A stretch of DNA of 49,507 bases, counting the filler, from Trypethelium eluteriae (Eukaryota), in NCBI GenBank assembly GCA_051942245.1. It is 2 parts of 2 records of this genome, joined end to end, with 100 filler letters (N's around TTAATTAATTAA, not from the genome) between each part and the next. Parts side by side here need not be neighbours in the genome. Positions count along the whole stretch, not along the records: positions 24,813 to 49,507 come from JAVECL010000395.1; 1 more part is not named here. One strand, 5' to 3'. Positions 36,905 to 49,130 of this stretch are shown here, one piece after another. The position numbers and the translations under genes were made by a program. Below the pieces are notes generated by a model. The model was not told the DNA's origin, did not search any database, and saw nothing but the letters and a program-made list of their open reading frames with translations. Position 1 is the first letter of the stretch; every line of letters starts with the position of its first letter.

Positions 36905-39151
36905 ATGTCTTCTCCTAAACCCCCAGTGCTGGAGCTTCCAAAAGAAGTCTTCGACATCATTCTCTCTTATCTCGAACCAAAAAGTTTGCTGAACTTGTGC
37001 AGCACCTGTCGTGCCTTACATCATGCTGATATTCGCCTCAATGCGACTTTTTGGCGTCAAGCCGTGCGCTCTTATCGTGTCCCAAATCAGCCAATAATCG
37101 AAGGTGATGGCGAGCACTGGCAGAAGCTCTACAGGCGTCTTGTCACGCAGACGCACGTTTATACATGGGGAAGCAATGCATACGGAAGCTTGGGACACAG
37201 CTTCGAAATTCAATCAAGCAACCCTGGAAGCGGCCTCCGACGCTCTCATAGAATAGATGCCAAGAATGTGTCAGTGCCAAAGGAAATGGATGATGCACCT
37301 AAGCTTGGCGTTCTAGTCGACTTACAATGCACCGCACGGTCTACCACCGTGCTCACCTCCCAGGGCATCTTGTGCTCTGTTGGTGCTTTAGAAGAAGGCA
37401 ATCGCAATCCGGCATTTCGTGATCTGAGATTTCCGCCCGGATTTCCGAGTCCGCGGGAACGTTATGATCCAGCCACAGCTATCAAACAATTTTCAGCCGG
37501 ATGCAATCATATTCTAGCTTTATCCGACAGCGGAAAGGTTTGGGTCTGGCACGACATTGATCAAGCTGGTAGCCAGGTCAAGTTCCTCGATATCGATCTC
37601 CTCGAAGGCGAAACAGGCCAGAAGCAGGGAAATGGCCGCGTGAAAAAAGTCGTTGCAGGTGTGGATTGGGTGTCTGCCCTGATAGAGGGCACTGGAATTG
37701 TGATCTGGCCCACTCAAGACTTGACCTTCCGAAGTGACGATCCTACATTGGAGCAAGATGATACATCCCTGATTTTGAAGTCTGTCGTTATCCCTGGAAC
37801 ATCTTATGAACGAGCTTCGAAACTACCTTCCAATGTTGCAAATAATCGCATCTCTAACCCAAAGACTCCGGAAGAGTTTGGTGAGGTGACAGACTACCTC
37901 ATGATGGACCCATTTTGTGCTTTCCTTACGCACACTGGACGAGTTTTCGCCGCGAGGGACGGCCCGAATAGAAGCTGGGATTCGGAATTCCCAGTGGAAA
38001 TCCCAGTCCCAAACAATGTTGTGGTGAAAGCACTTTATGGTTCTTACTCTGGTTTTGGACTAATTCTGGCCAACGACGACGTTCTTCTTGGTACTCCAAA
38101 TTCACTATACTTAGATCTTTTGTATCACGCTCTGGACAACCCATTCCACCCCGACGACCGTGGTCCACCGCCCATGCCTGCTTTGAAGCGGTATCCGTGT
38201 CTCCAAAAACGCGGTGTCGTCAGTCTTGCATGCGGATACAGGCATTGGCATGCTCTGCTCCGCGACGGCTCTATCCTCTCGGGAGGTATAGATATGCAAA
38301 CCTGTGGCAGCTTTGGCTTAGGGGGTGATGGCGACCCGGAAGGCCGCATACGTGGATTAAGATTTAGGGACAACCCTGGATTCATGGGTCATCCTCGAGG
38401 AGACAGCTCTTTATTGAAACAGTGCTATGCAGGTTTGGGGCGGCAGGTTTGGTTCGAAGAAGAGAAAGCGGCATGGGTACGATTCGTGACTAGTGGTGGG
38501 AGTGATCCGCTCGAAGCCGCACAGAGAATGCAAATTTGTGCCGTTGATTCAGGTGCTCAAGGAGAATTGAGCGAGTGGATGGAACAGAGGGGACGAAATT
38601 GGGAGAGAAAAGAAGGTGCTAAAGACTATGACGATGATGGCCTGGGTCCCTATTTTGTTCTGGGCATTGCAGCCGCCGGCGAGCATAGCGGCGCGCTAGT
38701 TTTACGGAATGATGAGCTCGTCAACAAGATCAGGGAGACTTGTATCGTACCGGACCAGCCACCTTCCTCGTCTACGGGTGAAGTCCCGGTAGAGAGCGTA
38801 ACTGAGGATGAGATCGAGCCGCTCGAGCGGTCAGCCGAAGAAGTGGCGTATGGAGCAATTCCTGACCTGCTTGACCAGGGCTGGCAGTCTGTGAGGTCGG
38901 CATTCGGATTATCGCCAAGCAGAAGCAATGATGCTCCTACCGCAGAGAGCTCTATAGCCACCTATCGGAGCTCCCAATTTTGTGACCCAGTTTTTCATGG
39001 CGCTTCGCCGGCGGAAGGCTTCAAGTATACCTGGGCGAGTGATCCTTTCCCAAGGCTGAGGCTCTCGAGTGGAGTAGAAATGCCTGGCGAAATCCCGTTT
39101 TCGGATTGGGCAGACGGGCCGCCAGATTGGGACCTTAATTTCGAAGTCTGA
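36905..39151 (+). CDS. SAF1: F-box and RCC1-repeat protein (Saf1/Pof9-like SCF adaptor)
   Basis: Intronless 748-aa ORF. N-terminal F-box LELPKEVFDIILSYL..LCSTCR; RCC1-like repeats VYTWGSNAYGSLG, FSAGCNHILAL, LACGYRHWHAL, IAAAGEHSGAL. Confidence 0.85.
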   Translation: MSSPKPPVLELPKEVFDIILSYLEPKSLLNLCSTCRALHHADIRLNATFWRQAVRSYRVPNQPIIEGDGEHWQKLYRRLVTQTHVYTWGSNAYGSLGHSFEIQSSNPGSGLRRSHRIDAKNVSVPKEMDDAPKLGVLVDLQCTARSTTVLTSQGILCSVGALEEGNRNPAFRDLRFPPGFPSPRERYDPATAIKQFSAGCNHILALSDSGKVWVWHDIDQAGSQVKFLDIDLLEGETGQKQGNGRVKKVVAGVDWVSALIEGTGIVIWPTQDLTFRSDDPTLEQDDTSLILKSVVIPGTSYERASKLPSNVANNRISNPKTPEEFGEVTDYLMMDPFCAFLTHTGRVFAARDGPNRSWDSEFPVEIPVPNNVVVKALYGSYSGFGLILANDDVLLGTPNSLYLDLLYHALDNPFHPDDRGPPPMPALKRYPCLQKRGVVSLACGYRHWHALLRDGSILSGGIDMQTCGSFGLGGDGDPEGRIRGLRFRDNPGFMGHPRGDSSLLKQCYAGLGRQVWFEEEKAAWVRFVTSGGSDPLEAAQRMQICAVDSGAQGELSEWMEQRGRNWERKEGAKDYDDDGLGPYFVLGIAAAGEHSGALVLRNDELVNKIRETCIVPDQPPSSSTGEVPVESVTEDEIEPLERSAEEVAYGAIPDLLDQGWQSVRSAFGLSPSRSNDAPTAESSIATYRSSQFCDPVFHGASPAEGFKYTWASDPFPRLRLSSGVEMPGEIPFSDWADGPPDWDLNFEV

Positions 39152-39989
39152 CCTGAAGAAATTTGGAGATGATCAGGCATGCCCAGTTCCAGAGGCTACC
39201 GGGGATTACAAGTTACAATAAAAATGTTGGCGGCGCAGATGAAGTTTTGAGCTCTTGCTAGGAGTCTTCAGGGTTATGCAAAGTCGCAATAAGACTACGG
39301 GAGATCACCCAACAGTCCTTATTCGTTATTCTGTTAGGGCCTTTTCCCTACTATTCTTTGATAGAGGTAGATATTGCCCAGTGCCCCAAATATGTACAAG
39401 GACCAGATACTGGACTACAGCTAGTATCATCGAGATTTCTCAACTTACTCCCTTGTGAGTCCTTCTCCATTCACTTGACCACTAGCTTCCTTTGTGTCAT
39501 CGAAAAATCATGAGGTCAGTTGCATATTCATGTTGAAGTCGACAATTTGTCCCTTCCGATTCAATACACGATGCTCTGGAGCTTCTCGCCCCATGTATAT
39601 GAGACTGCCAAGGCATATAGGGCTCCCCTTATTTGATTACGGACTCTTCGTAGCATCGGTTGTGAAGTCGCTAAAAGAAGATCGGTGATGCGCTGTTGCA
39701 TTGATACAATCACAGTCATATCATTACTCTAGCTGACACGTTGTAGTCGCAGTTGTTGCAACTCTCGTAATCACGGGTATTCCTGACTTCGTCCCAAAGC
39801 GTATCCAATAAGCTCCTGAAGCTGGCAGTGCGTGAACTCCGACGTACGAAGACTGCGTAGGCAATCTGCACTTGTGGCTGAGTCGCTTACTGGCAGAGCA
39901 CTTATTGCTACCTGTCTTTGAGACTTTACCGGTGAAGAGTGGTGAGGGTCTCACCGGTCCACCCAGATAAAGAAGGCGGGGTTCATCAC

Positions 39990-39996
39990 TATAAAA
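39990..39996 (+). promoter_or_regulatory. TATA box upstream of the P450
   Basis: TATAAAA 78 nt upstream of the ATG at 40068, followed by a pyrimidine-rich tract. Confidence 0.45.
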
Positions 39997-40067
39997 CAAT
40001 GTCTTAAATGCTCTATTGATTTCGGGTATGAGTTATTTGTTTCCTCATTTTTCTACACCGAGAAAAT

Positions 40068-41898
40068 ATGATCTCTCTACTGTCTTGCTCCTCTGCTGTA
40101 GTAGCAGGAGTCCTGACCCACCAGCTTTATTTCAAGCGCGGCGAACATCATCTTAGTGGTCCGAAATATGTTGAAGTATTTTTCGACATCTACCTTGTTT
40201 TCAGCATTGCCTTCTGCTGGCACTTTCGTACTGGCTTCGGATCTTCGCTCGTAGTCGTCGGGCAGCTATCTATCCTTTATCTTGTCGGGCTCTACTCATC
40301 TCTTGTTGCCTACCGCGGTTGCTTTCATCCCCTTAACCGCTTCCCGGGCCCCATCACTGCTCGCCTCTCCAATCTCTGGTTTAGCACCAAATGCTTGAAT
40401 GCCGACGCACATAAACAGCTTTACAAACTCCATCGGGATCATGACACAGACTTTTTGCGAGTAGGCTCATCAGACCTCTCAATAACACATCCGCAGGGAA
40501 TCGCCGCAATTTACGGTCCCAATTCGAGATGTATCAAGAGCGACTGGTATGATACAGATTTCCCAAAAAAGCCGATGATGGCGGAACGGGACAAGACCAA
40601 GCATGACAAGCGTCGAAGGTTTTGGTCTTCAGCGTTCAGTGATAAGGCATTGCGGGGTTATCAGCAGAGAATAAAAAGGTACGAGGAAGAGCTCCGAAAT
40701 CAGCTAAAAGCGTTTCAAGGGATGCCCGTAAATATCCGGGACTGGTTCAATTTTTATGCGTTCGATACCATGGGTGATCTGGCATTCGGAGAAAGTTTTG
40801 GAAACCTGACGACAGGAGACTATCATCCAGCGGCTAAGTTGATAAAGAAAGGTTTAGACATATTCTCTTTGATGCGTAAGGGTCCTTTCGGAGCGTAGCA
40901 TTGCCAGCAAGGACAAGGCTGACTACAGAAAGTTCCTACTTGGTCCGTCCGAATGATGCTGCTAATTCCGGGCTCCTCAAGCAGCTACAAAACAATGAAT
41001 GAATATTGCTGGAGGAAGATTGAATCGCATTATCGAGAAAAGGAACATGACATACCAGATATTGCGTCCAATTTGTTCATCCCATTCAAGTCCAGAGGTA
41101 CCGAACCTTCCAAAAAAGAATGGTTGCAGTTGCATGCAGACTCTCGAACCATCATTATTGCTGGTAGTGATACAACAGCTGCAACTCTAACATTCCTCTT
41201 CTATTTCCTCACACGTGAGCCTCTGCATCAAGCACGTCTACGGGAGGAGATCCTCCCTTTCGTGGATGGCAATGGTGATGCCAAACATACGGATCTCCAG
41301 GATCTTCCGTATTTGAACGGCTGCATCAATGAGACGTTCCGCTTACAACCATTATTGCCAGCTACTCTTCGGCGAATAACGCCGCCGGAAGGAATCCAGG
41401 TGGGTGATACTCATATCCCTGGAAATATGGTTGTGTTTTGTCCGCAGTACGTGATCGGAAGGAGTGAGTTCAGCTTTGATAAGCCTCCCAAAGCTGGATC
41501 CTGTTGCTAAATTCGGGATAGAGGAGGAGATATATACCCACGCCGATGCGTTCATACCCGAGCGCTGGTTCTCCAAGCCAGAATTGATCAGGACAAAAGG
41601 CGCCTTCGCACCTTTCTCAATGGGTAAGCTTTTTTTTTTTCTTTTCAATCTGAGCGTGATGAATGGCGATTAAGGGACATCATTAACTAAGCCTTCCGTG
41701 ATAGGTACCTATGGCTGTATCGGAAAACCACTTGCTTTGATGAACATCAGAAGCCTCGCTGCCAAATTGCTTGCTACTTTCGACGTTGCTTTCGCACCCG
41801 GCGAGGATGGCTCCGATGTCCTCAGTAAGTCGAAGGATCATTTCACTTTGGAGCCAGGGGATCTCAGACTGGTTCTTACATTACGGAATCAAAGTTGA
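40068..41898 (+). CDS. Cytochrome P450 monooxygenase (about 544 aa)
   Basis: Exons 40068-40875, 40933-41463, 41522-41623, 41705-41898. N-terminal membrane anchor, FPGP, I-helix AGSDTT, ETFR (ExxR), PERW, heme motif FSMGTYGCIG formed across the last splice junction. Confidence 0.95.
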
Positions 41899-42396
41899 GG
41901 ACAAGCCATCAACAATTGGCTCTCGCTCCGGGGCAATAGTTTCTCTTCGACGTTGAGGATAATTTGAGTCGGATCCTGGAACACTACAATATTTAGCATG
42001 TCCATGCATGAAGCTGTCCTCAGAAGGTCGTATTGAGAGGCCAAATCCATTTCATGTAACTATTTGTGCTCAATGATTTCTAATATGAGTTAGTCATGAG
42101 TCAACCATAAGGATTTGTCAAGCTTGTGTTCGCTTGTTCACTGCGTGCAGTAAGGCCCGGTTGTCTGGAAGTTGGGCCACGTGATACCGCGCCGGGATGA
42201 CTTCACGCGCATGGTTGAACTTGTCCGACCTCTATCGCATTCGTTAATCCACACCGGCTTTCATTCACCGTCGTCGCGCTCAACGCATCGTCGTTGCTGA
42301 TTCCGGAACATTGTTTGCCCTGTTCTCTATGATTTCATGGTCACGCATTTTCTGTTGCCTTGGCAGTCCACCCACATAAGCTTTGTTATCTAACAC

Positions 42397-44681
42397 ATGA
42401 TGGGCCCCGCTATGAAATCGTCGCGTCCGAAAAGGCAGACTCGTTTGACATTTAGCCCCCTACCCTCTTCATCCCCTCAGTCCTCCAAATACCCTCCTCA
42501 AATCCGTGACCGAGCGGCCGCAGTCGCCTACGAAGGGTCTCCAAGCCCTGCTAAGAGGCGAAAAATCGATAAAGCCGGTATAGGGATGTCTCCCTTCAGA
42601 GGTAGGATGCAGCATGTGAGCCATGGCTTTATTTCGCTGAAATTTAATGTGTAGGCAATCCTATCGGGCTTGCAACGCCCCAAAAATCCTCACAAACCCG
42701 AGATGTAGATTCCGATTCAGATAGCGAGCCTGTTCGGAAATCGTCTAGAAAAGTACATGATGTGAGGGCAGGCGAGTCAAACAAAAAGATTGAAGCACAG
42801 CAATCTGGCAAGCCAACGTATTCCTCTCCGTTGCGCTCTGGACGGTCAAGCAGGGGCATTTTTGGGACCAAGCATGACATCATCAATCTTTCCTCTGAGG
42901 AAGATAGCTCTTCTTCAGCTGAGCGTAATCCTGGGCCTTCAATGAAAGTTGCGCGAATCGGCAGTTCCAACAGGAGTAAGGACAAGGTGACGGCTAGTGG
43001 GACTTCTGAACGCTTAACCCGAAGTAAAGCGCCTGTGGTCACACTTGGATTTGACTCAGAAGACGAGATTGAGTCTTCAAAGAAGCCGCCTTTGTCCTCA
43101 GCTTTGACCGAAATTGGCGAAGCCGAGACCAGTGGTGATGAGATTACTGTCCGTCCAGAGCCAAGGACGCGCCAGCCCACGGGCCCTGCTCGTTCGCGCC
43201 GAGCGAAGAAACGTGCCGATGGATTAGACGACTTTATAGTGGACGGAGAATCCAGCTCCAATCCCGATTCCGATGTTCAGGTCGGGTCACGGAGGTCCAG
43301 ACCGCAGCGCGTCTCAGCGGTCGCTGACGAAGACAATGGACAGGACGAGGATAATGACGAAGAAGAGAATGAAGATGGAGATGACGATGATGTACCGATT
43401 ACACCGAGAAAACGGCGGGGCCGTTTGGTGTCCAAGTCAGCTACGCCACGCAAGTTCTCACGGCGAGAGCGGGAGGATCTTAAGGAAGACCTTGAGTTTC
43501 TTCAATCTTCGGACGATGACAGTCCCCAACAGTCATCTCGAATACGCAGAAGGAATGAAGCAACGCCCAAGCAGAGTGCTCGAGCGCAGGCACTGGCGAC
43601 GCTAAAGAAGCGGCGTGCAGGTAAAAAGATTGCTATCTCTTCTGACGCCGACAGCAATGACGATGGTAATGACGACGGAAGTGCAGGAACGCGCAACCAA
43701 GAGGAACGAGGTGTCAACTTCGGTAATGAATACAACAGCGAGGAGCTAGATGACCCTGCCGAACACCGTCTAAATAACGGCGTGCCGTACAATAGCGCCA
43801 GCGCCATGTTCGAGGAGAACGAAGATGATGAAGGCTTCGTCATGGAGGATGAGGAAGATACTATCGGCGCTCCAACTCCTGCACTACCTCTACAGTTCAG
43901 CGGGCTGACTTCGCGCAAACCCAAGGAACTCTTTAAATACGCTATTGAGTGGTTTGTACAGAAGAAGTTCAACCCAGCCTTTCAGATGGACGATGACGTT
44001 TACCGCCTTACATTCGGTAAGCTTGACGATGAGGTGAAAGGCCTGGCGGGGTCCAAATTCATTTCTTCGGCTTGGACTGCAGAATTTACAACAGCAGTCC
44101 AAGCCAGGCCACAAATCGAAGCGATAGAGCTCCCCAAGGGAACGGGATTCTTGCATGACAAATGTGATGCCTGCAATCGCAGCGGGCATCCAGCGACCTG
44201 GCAGGTGCGCTTTACTGGCAAGCCCTACGATAAAGAGACACTCGAAGACCTGGAGCAGGACTATGAGGACGAAGAAGAAGATGATAACGACGACGACGAC
44301 AGTTTTGACGAGACGGAGGCTCCAAGTGGCAGAATTGAATACGACAGCAAAGGTCGCGTGGTACCGAGGGCCAACAAAACCTTTGAGCTCGGCAAATTCT
44401 GTATGCGCAATGCGCAAATTAGCCACGCGCTCGAGCACTGGCGTTACCATCTTAATGAGTGGGTGATTGATTATTTGAGAGATGAGGGCTATCTCACTCC
44501 GGACAAGATTGTTGAACGGGACGGCTGGAAGGTGCGAAAGCGGCGCAATTTCGCCAATTCCGTTGTCGACGAAATGGAAGACAAAGGGGAGATCAAGAGG
44601 CTCTATAGAGACTATCGTACTGAGATAGACTCCGCTAGGGAGGCGAGGACAGATGCTGGATTTGCCAGATTTGGATCCTAG
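42397..44681 (+). CDS. DUF4211 domain protein with long acidic/Ser-rich disordered N-terminus (about 743 aa)
   Basis: Exons 42397-42601 and 42655-44681. C-terminal SSAWTAEFTTAVQARP, CDACNRSGHPA, FTGKPY, GKFC and HALEHWRYHL fit DUF4211 as I recall it; basic NLS-like patches. Confidence 0.8.
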
Positions 44682-45717
44682 GGTCTTTGGTGGATCATTT
44701 GCGTTGACATTCCGTATGTATGAGATTCTGGCAATACCTCAGCACGAGTATCAATCGTACTCGTTTGATAATGGAGAATAGCCTTTTAACATGACATGCT
44801 TACTATGTGCCGTAAGTCAGTTTACGCCCTTGTTTGTGAATGGACAGATGTATTCTGCTGGATTCCTGTTGCAGTACAGGCGTTTCCTCAGCTGCTTGCT
44901 CGCCTCATACAGTCTACTTGGCTGGATAATTCATACACATGGCCTATCCCCTATCACCCATGGCAAATTCTACTTCTTCACTCCATACTAATTTTCAAGT
45001 GACAGAACCCAAGTGTATAATGTCGCAGTGGCCAAAGTTCTCGGTCTCTGAAAATTTGTTATACTACTTTGGGGTATCTACGTATGTTCTCCAAGAACGC
45101 TGGGAGAAAGCCTTGGCACCGCCAGGCAAGAGCAAGAGAGTGATACTATACAGCAGATCAAAGATGAGTGGAGTCAGGCCTGGCAGGTCATCGCAAGTAT
45201 GAATGATCGGAACAACTAAGCATCCGACTATGGGATGGAAGTGCCGTCGCACGCCACCACCGTGGGTATAGGTTGGACCAGGAGCTATTCGGAATGATGA
45301 AGGGGTGACGGCTCGTTGTGTTCTCCTCGTGATATTGGCCGTGCCTCTGGATATCTGGCTGGAAAACATAAATTTTGGGAAAAGCTCGCATCGAATAATC
45401 AAGGACGAAGAATTGCAGGTAGAGATGCAAGATCTTCTGAGTTTTGCAACTGGCTTTGACGCACTGACAGAGTGCATCTATACTAGCCGTCGCAATTTTT
45501 GCTGATAGTAGCATATGCTTGATATATGCAATCCCATAGGTCCAAGTCGTAGAGTGGTGTACAGCCTCGGATATGGCCACACGTGGTAGTCTCGTCATTG
45601 TACATGATCATTGCTGGACCAATGATTGCACCATGCGGGGATTTCCTTGAGTATATCGATCACGTTCCTCCTTACAAACGGTAAAGCTGGGTGGGAGATC
45701 CATCCTCAATCTCCAGC

Positions 45718-46081
45718 TCACCTTGGCAGGTATGTTCCCTTAACGCCGCTCGATGGCGCTGACCCCTCCTCCTGTTTCGGACCTTTTCGCATCAGCTCGT
45801 CCAGCCCTAAATCCCTCCAGATCGGCTCTCGTTGACGCATGGTAGCGCGCTGAATTCCGAAAGCCGCGTGCTGGTCTGGAACGACATCATCTTCGTCTTC
45901 GGGGTTGACGGGCTGGTGCTGAGGAAGAACATAGATATCTTCGGGAGCGATACGCGTTCGACAAAAGTCTTCAAAAAGGTCCGCGATGCGAGGCTGGTTG
46001 AGGTGGACGTAGGTATGGGAAGAGTCCCGAGACTATTCAGCGTCAGCGAGAGTACATGGGCATGCAGATGAGACATACCAT
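45718..46081 (-). CDS. APC13: Anaphase-promoting complex subunit Apc13 (105 aa)
   Basis: First coding exon is ATG only (46081-46079), then a 46-nt intron GTATGT..GCTGAC..TAG, then exon 46032-45718: SRDSSHTYVHLNQPRIADLFEDFC..PQHQPVNPEDEDDVVPDQHAAFGI..WRDLGL. This frame is absent from the ORF track. Confidence 0.85.
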
Positions 46082-46506
46082 TTTTCAGCAGATGAGAATA
46101 TGTGGGATGATTGGTGGTCAATGCTGATTGGGCTGCCTTGTCTGATAATTCAGAATCGTTTGATAAGAGTTGTAAGTTCCCGTCACGCCTACCTGCAGTC
46201 TAAAGAGGCGCTGAAGTGGATCGTTAGTCAGCGCGTCATTAGGCAGATGACAGGGATCTGTCGCTGATCGTCAAGGTTTTGTCAAGATAAGGATCACTCC
46301 GCGCACTATCGCTCTGGAATTCATGCGCCGTATCTAAGGTCTCGACTCGACTTTCATTCGAAGACCCCACAAGGATCGCATCTCGAGACTCTTTCAATAG
46401 CCAAGGTTTGTACCATGACCTACAGCACGTCAAGAACGATTGCCGTGAGTTAATGCTCATCTGTATAGGATTCCTCTGGCCCTCAACCACATTCGTCGTC
46501 GCAAAC

Positions 46507-46824
46507 ATGTCCCACGAATCTGTTTGGTACTCTCGCCCACGCAAGTTTGGCAAGGGCTCCCGTGAATGGTACGCTCGTTTTCGGTTTCAACACTGCTGTT
46601 CAGTCTCGGCAGCACGATTGGCTGGGCTATAGTAGAAGGACTTTGGCTGACATGCGACAGCCGCGTTTGCACTCACAAGGCCGGTCTTATTCGCAAATAT
46701 GGCCTTAACATCTGCCGTCAATGCTTCAGAGAGAAGTCGCAAGATATCGGATTCCAAAAGGTATGGTTACATTTGGTGCTTAGGATCCTGTAGGATGTGC
46801 TAATGACTACTCCAGAACCGATAA
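46507..46824 (+). CDS. RPS29: 40S ribosomal protein S29 (uS14), 56 aa
   Basis: Exons 46507-46568, 46661-46760, 46816-46824 give [56 protein letters not shown]. Confidence 0.98.
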
Positions 46825-48387
46825 GTCTATGTTGCGTCAAGGCCGAAACGAAGGAGAGCAAAAGGACGGCTATATGACATCGAGACTAATGGAGAGAATT
46901 AGGGGCGTTCTATGGCATTCCCAGTCTGGCTAGGGTTTAGTTACTTGATTTTCATTGCTCCCAAGCACAGCAAATGTTTACAGATTCGCTTGCATCATAC
47001 AACAATCCACCAATCATGAACATAAATCCAAGAATACATGCTATTGGGCATCGAAATCCATGTTTCTGTTACCAGGCAAGAATTCGCAGATTTCCGGGGC
47101 CTGATTTTCATGACTGGAAAACTTTGGCCCCCTCGTGCGCCAAGCATTCAGAACGACACCCAATTTTATTTAGTCGCTCTACGATACAGAATCTGTGCGA
47201 GGTCCGAATTGTATCGGCATGACGTCCGATGAAATTCGCCTTTTTCGCATCTGTCAATCCATTTGAATCCAAATTAGTCCGCGGAGCTCTTTGGTTCTAC
47301 AAGTTTTTAGTTTTTTTTGGTGAATTTTGACGTAAATGGCTTCCTCCAATTATGGCTCATAATTGTAGTAGCACGTGCCAGCTGTTGATCATCATCTATT
47401 TCCATCGGCTAAGCCATGGCAATGGTCATTGCGGCAAGTGTCAAGAATCTAGGATCTGTGCTTCTCTGGCAAGTGCTTGTTCATAGAGGGAATGCCGTTT
47501 GCCTCGGGCGTACTGCGTTCGATTTTTACAATAATAGACGCTTGACTTGACGGTTGCCTTTGGCCTTCATTATATTACTTCAATGATGCTGAAACGGTAG
47601 GCCAATCAGTTTGGCCTTTTCTGAGAGTGTAGTGGCAGGCGAGCCTTGCCTTGTATCACAGTCCCCATGTGATTGACACGATAGCATAGCGTCCGATCGA
47701 AATGCAGACGGATCGTGCGAGCTGCTGTCGGCGGTGTATTTGCTCCAACCTGAAGTTGTTGGATACTTTGACAGGGTGAAGCAAGCCACCGCGGTGCCGG
47801 CTCAGTTTCTCGTTGCCTATACTTTCTTTGGTAATAGGTATTTTAGGGCGAGGACGTTGATACAGTCGCCGTCATCGTTGTTGCGTGCCGAGATTCCCCC
47901 AAAATAGCAGCTTAGGGCTGAGTCTCGCATCGAAACACAAGATACGAAACGTCCCGGTCGCTGAGCTAGCGACGTTTTCGGTTATGGGTGCCAAGATCGT
48001 GGCTTGGGGCACTCTAGTTGCTCAAACAGCTAGACTCCAGCTTCACATATCGTAGTGGATCAACATACCACCGTACCGTAAGAAAGGACCGTGCCTCGTT
48101 CAATATGCTACTTTTCCCCCGCGTGCTTACATCACAACAAAGCTGCTTAGCTGGCCTTTCCCTATTCCGTCATTCAGCTTTCGTACAATGTCGTTCCTCA
48201 TTCGTCCAGTCGTTCAGTTGGTGTCTAGAGTGCACTATATTGCGTGTATTGGCGACGTACGCCCGCCATTTGCAACAATTGCCCAGTGATTTCAGTGTAA
48301 TGGCAGTGCCGTGAGCTAGCTTGCATAGCCATGAGCCCATCATATCGTGTACCTGACAAGTACGCAGCCGGTTTCAAGAAGGATATC

Positions 48388-48393
48388 TATAAA
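48388..48393 (+). promoter_or_regulatory. TATA box upstream of the GPI-anchored protein gene
   Basis: TATAAA about 150 nt upstream of the ATG at 48540. Confidence 0.45.
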
Positions 48394-48539
48394 GCTCAAG
48401 GACAGTACACAGATGTTTCCATTGTAGTTCAGTATCATCTCAATTGATCTTAAGCAATTCAACGACTCGATCATCACACCTTCGCTATACAGTAAAGCTA
48501 CTCTGCTTGATCATTATATACCCTACATCAACCATTAAG

Positions 48540-49130
48540 ATGCATTTCACCGCCGTCACCGTTCTTGCTTGTGCTCTGGGCGCCCTCGCCGCTCCTCAGA
48601 CTTCTAGCTCTTCGAGCTCCTCCAGCTCCTCCACCTCGACCACCACCTCAGACCCTTTCGCCGTCACGTCTTCTTTGATCGCCGACCCTTCCTCTTCCAC
48701 GAGCACGAACGGCGCCTCTTCGCTCGGCAGCCGCATCTCCTCTGACGGCTCCTCCATCGGCAGTGATATCAGCTCTGGCCTTGGCCACGCAACCTCCGCC
48801 GTTGGCAGCTTCTTTGGCTTCGGCGGCAACCCTCCAGCCACGACAACCGGCTCGGCCTACAGCTCCTACACTTCGGCTCTGACATCTATCCTCAGTCAGG
48901 AGAGTAGCATTCTTGCGAGCGTGGAATCTTCAGCCAGCTCGGCACACACCACCCTCCCGAGCAGCTCTGTCTCGAGTATTGTCTCGAGCGCCCAGTCGAG
49001 CGCGTCTGTTGCGGCGAGCAAGGCTAGCACAAGCGCCTTCTCTGGCGCTGGCGCTCCAGCTGCGACTGGTATGCCTATTGTTGCTGGTGGGGCTTTTGCT
49101 GCGGCCCTTGGTTTTGCCGCCATGTTGTAA
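48540..49130 (+). CDS. Ser/Thr-rich GPI-anchored cell-surface protein (196 aa)
   Basis: Signal peptide MHFTAVTVLACALGALA/AP, Ser/Thr-rich body, small-residue omega region (SGAG) and hydrophobic C-terminus IVAGGAFAAALGFAAML; C/T-ending codon bias. Confidence 0.88.
   Translation: MHFTAVTVLACALGALAAPQTSSSSSSSSSSTSTTTSDPFAVTSSLIADPSSSTSTNGASSLGSRISSDGSSIGSDISSGLGHATSAVGSFFGFGGNPPATTTGSAYSSYTSALTSILSQESSILASVESSASSAHTTLPSSSVSSIVSSAQSSASVAASKASTSAFSGAGAPAATGMPIVAGGAFAAALGFAAML

Noticed and set aside
42644..44450. 156-205 aa minus-strand ORFs
   Set aside because: Antisense shadows of the DUF4211 gene.
45064..45598. Two overlapping 136-137 aa minus-strand ORFs
   Set aside because: No recognisable domain or splice support; they lie between convergent 3' ends. 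A small gene cannot be fully excluded.
48444..48539. N-terminal extension of the GPI protein in the ORF track
   Set aside because: It starts at TTG; the ATG at 48540 begins a clean signal peptide.
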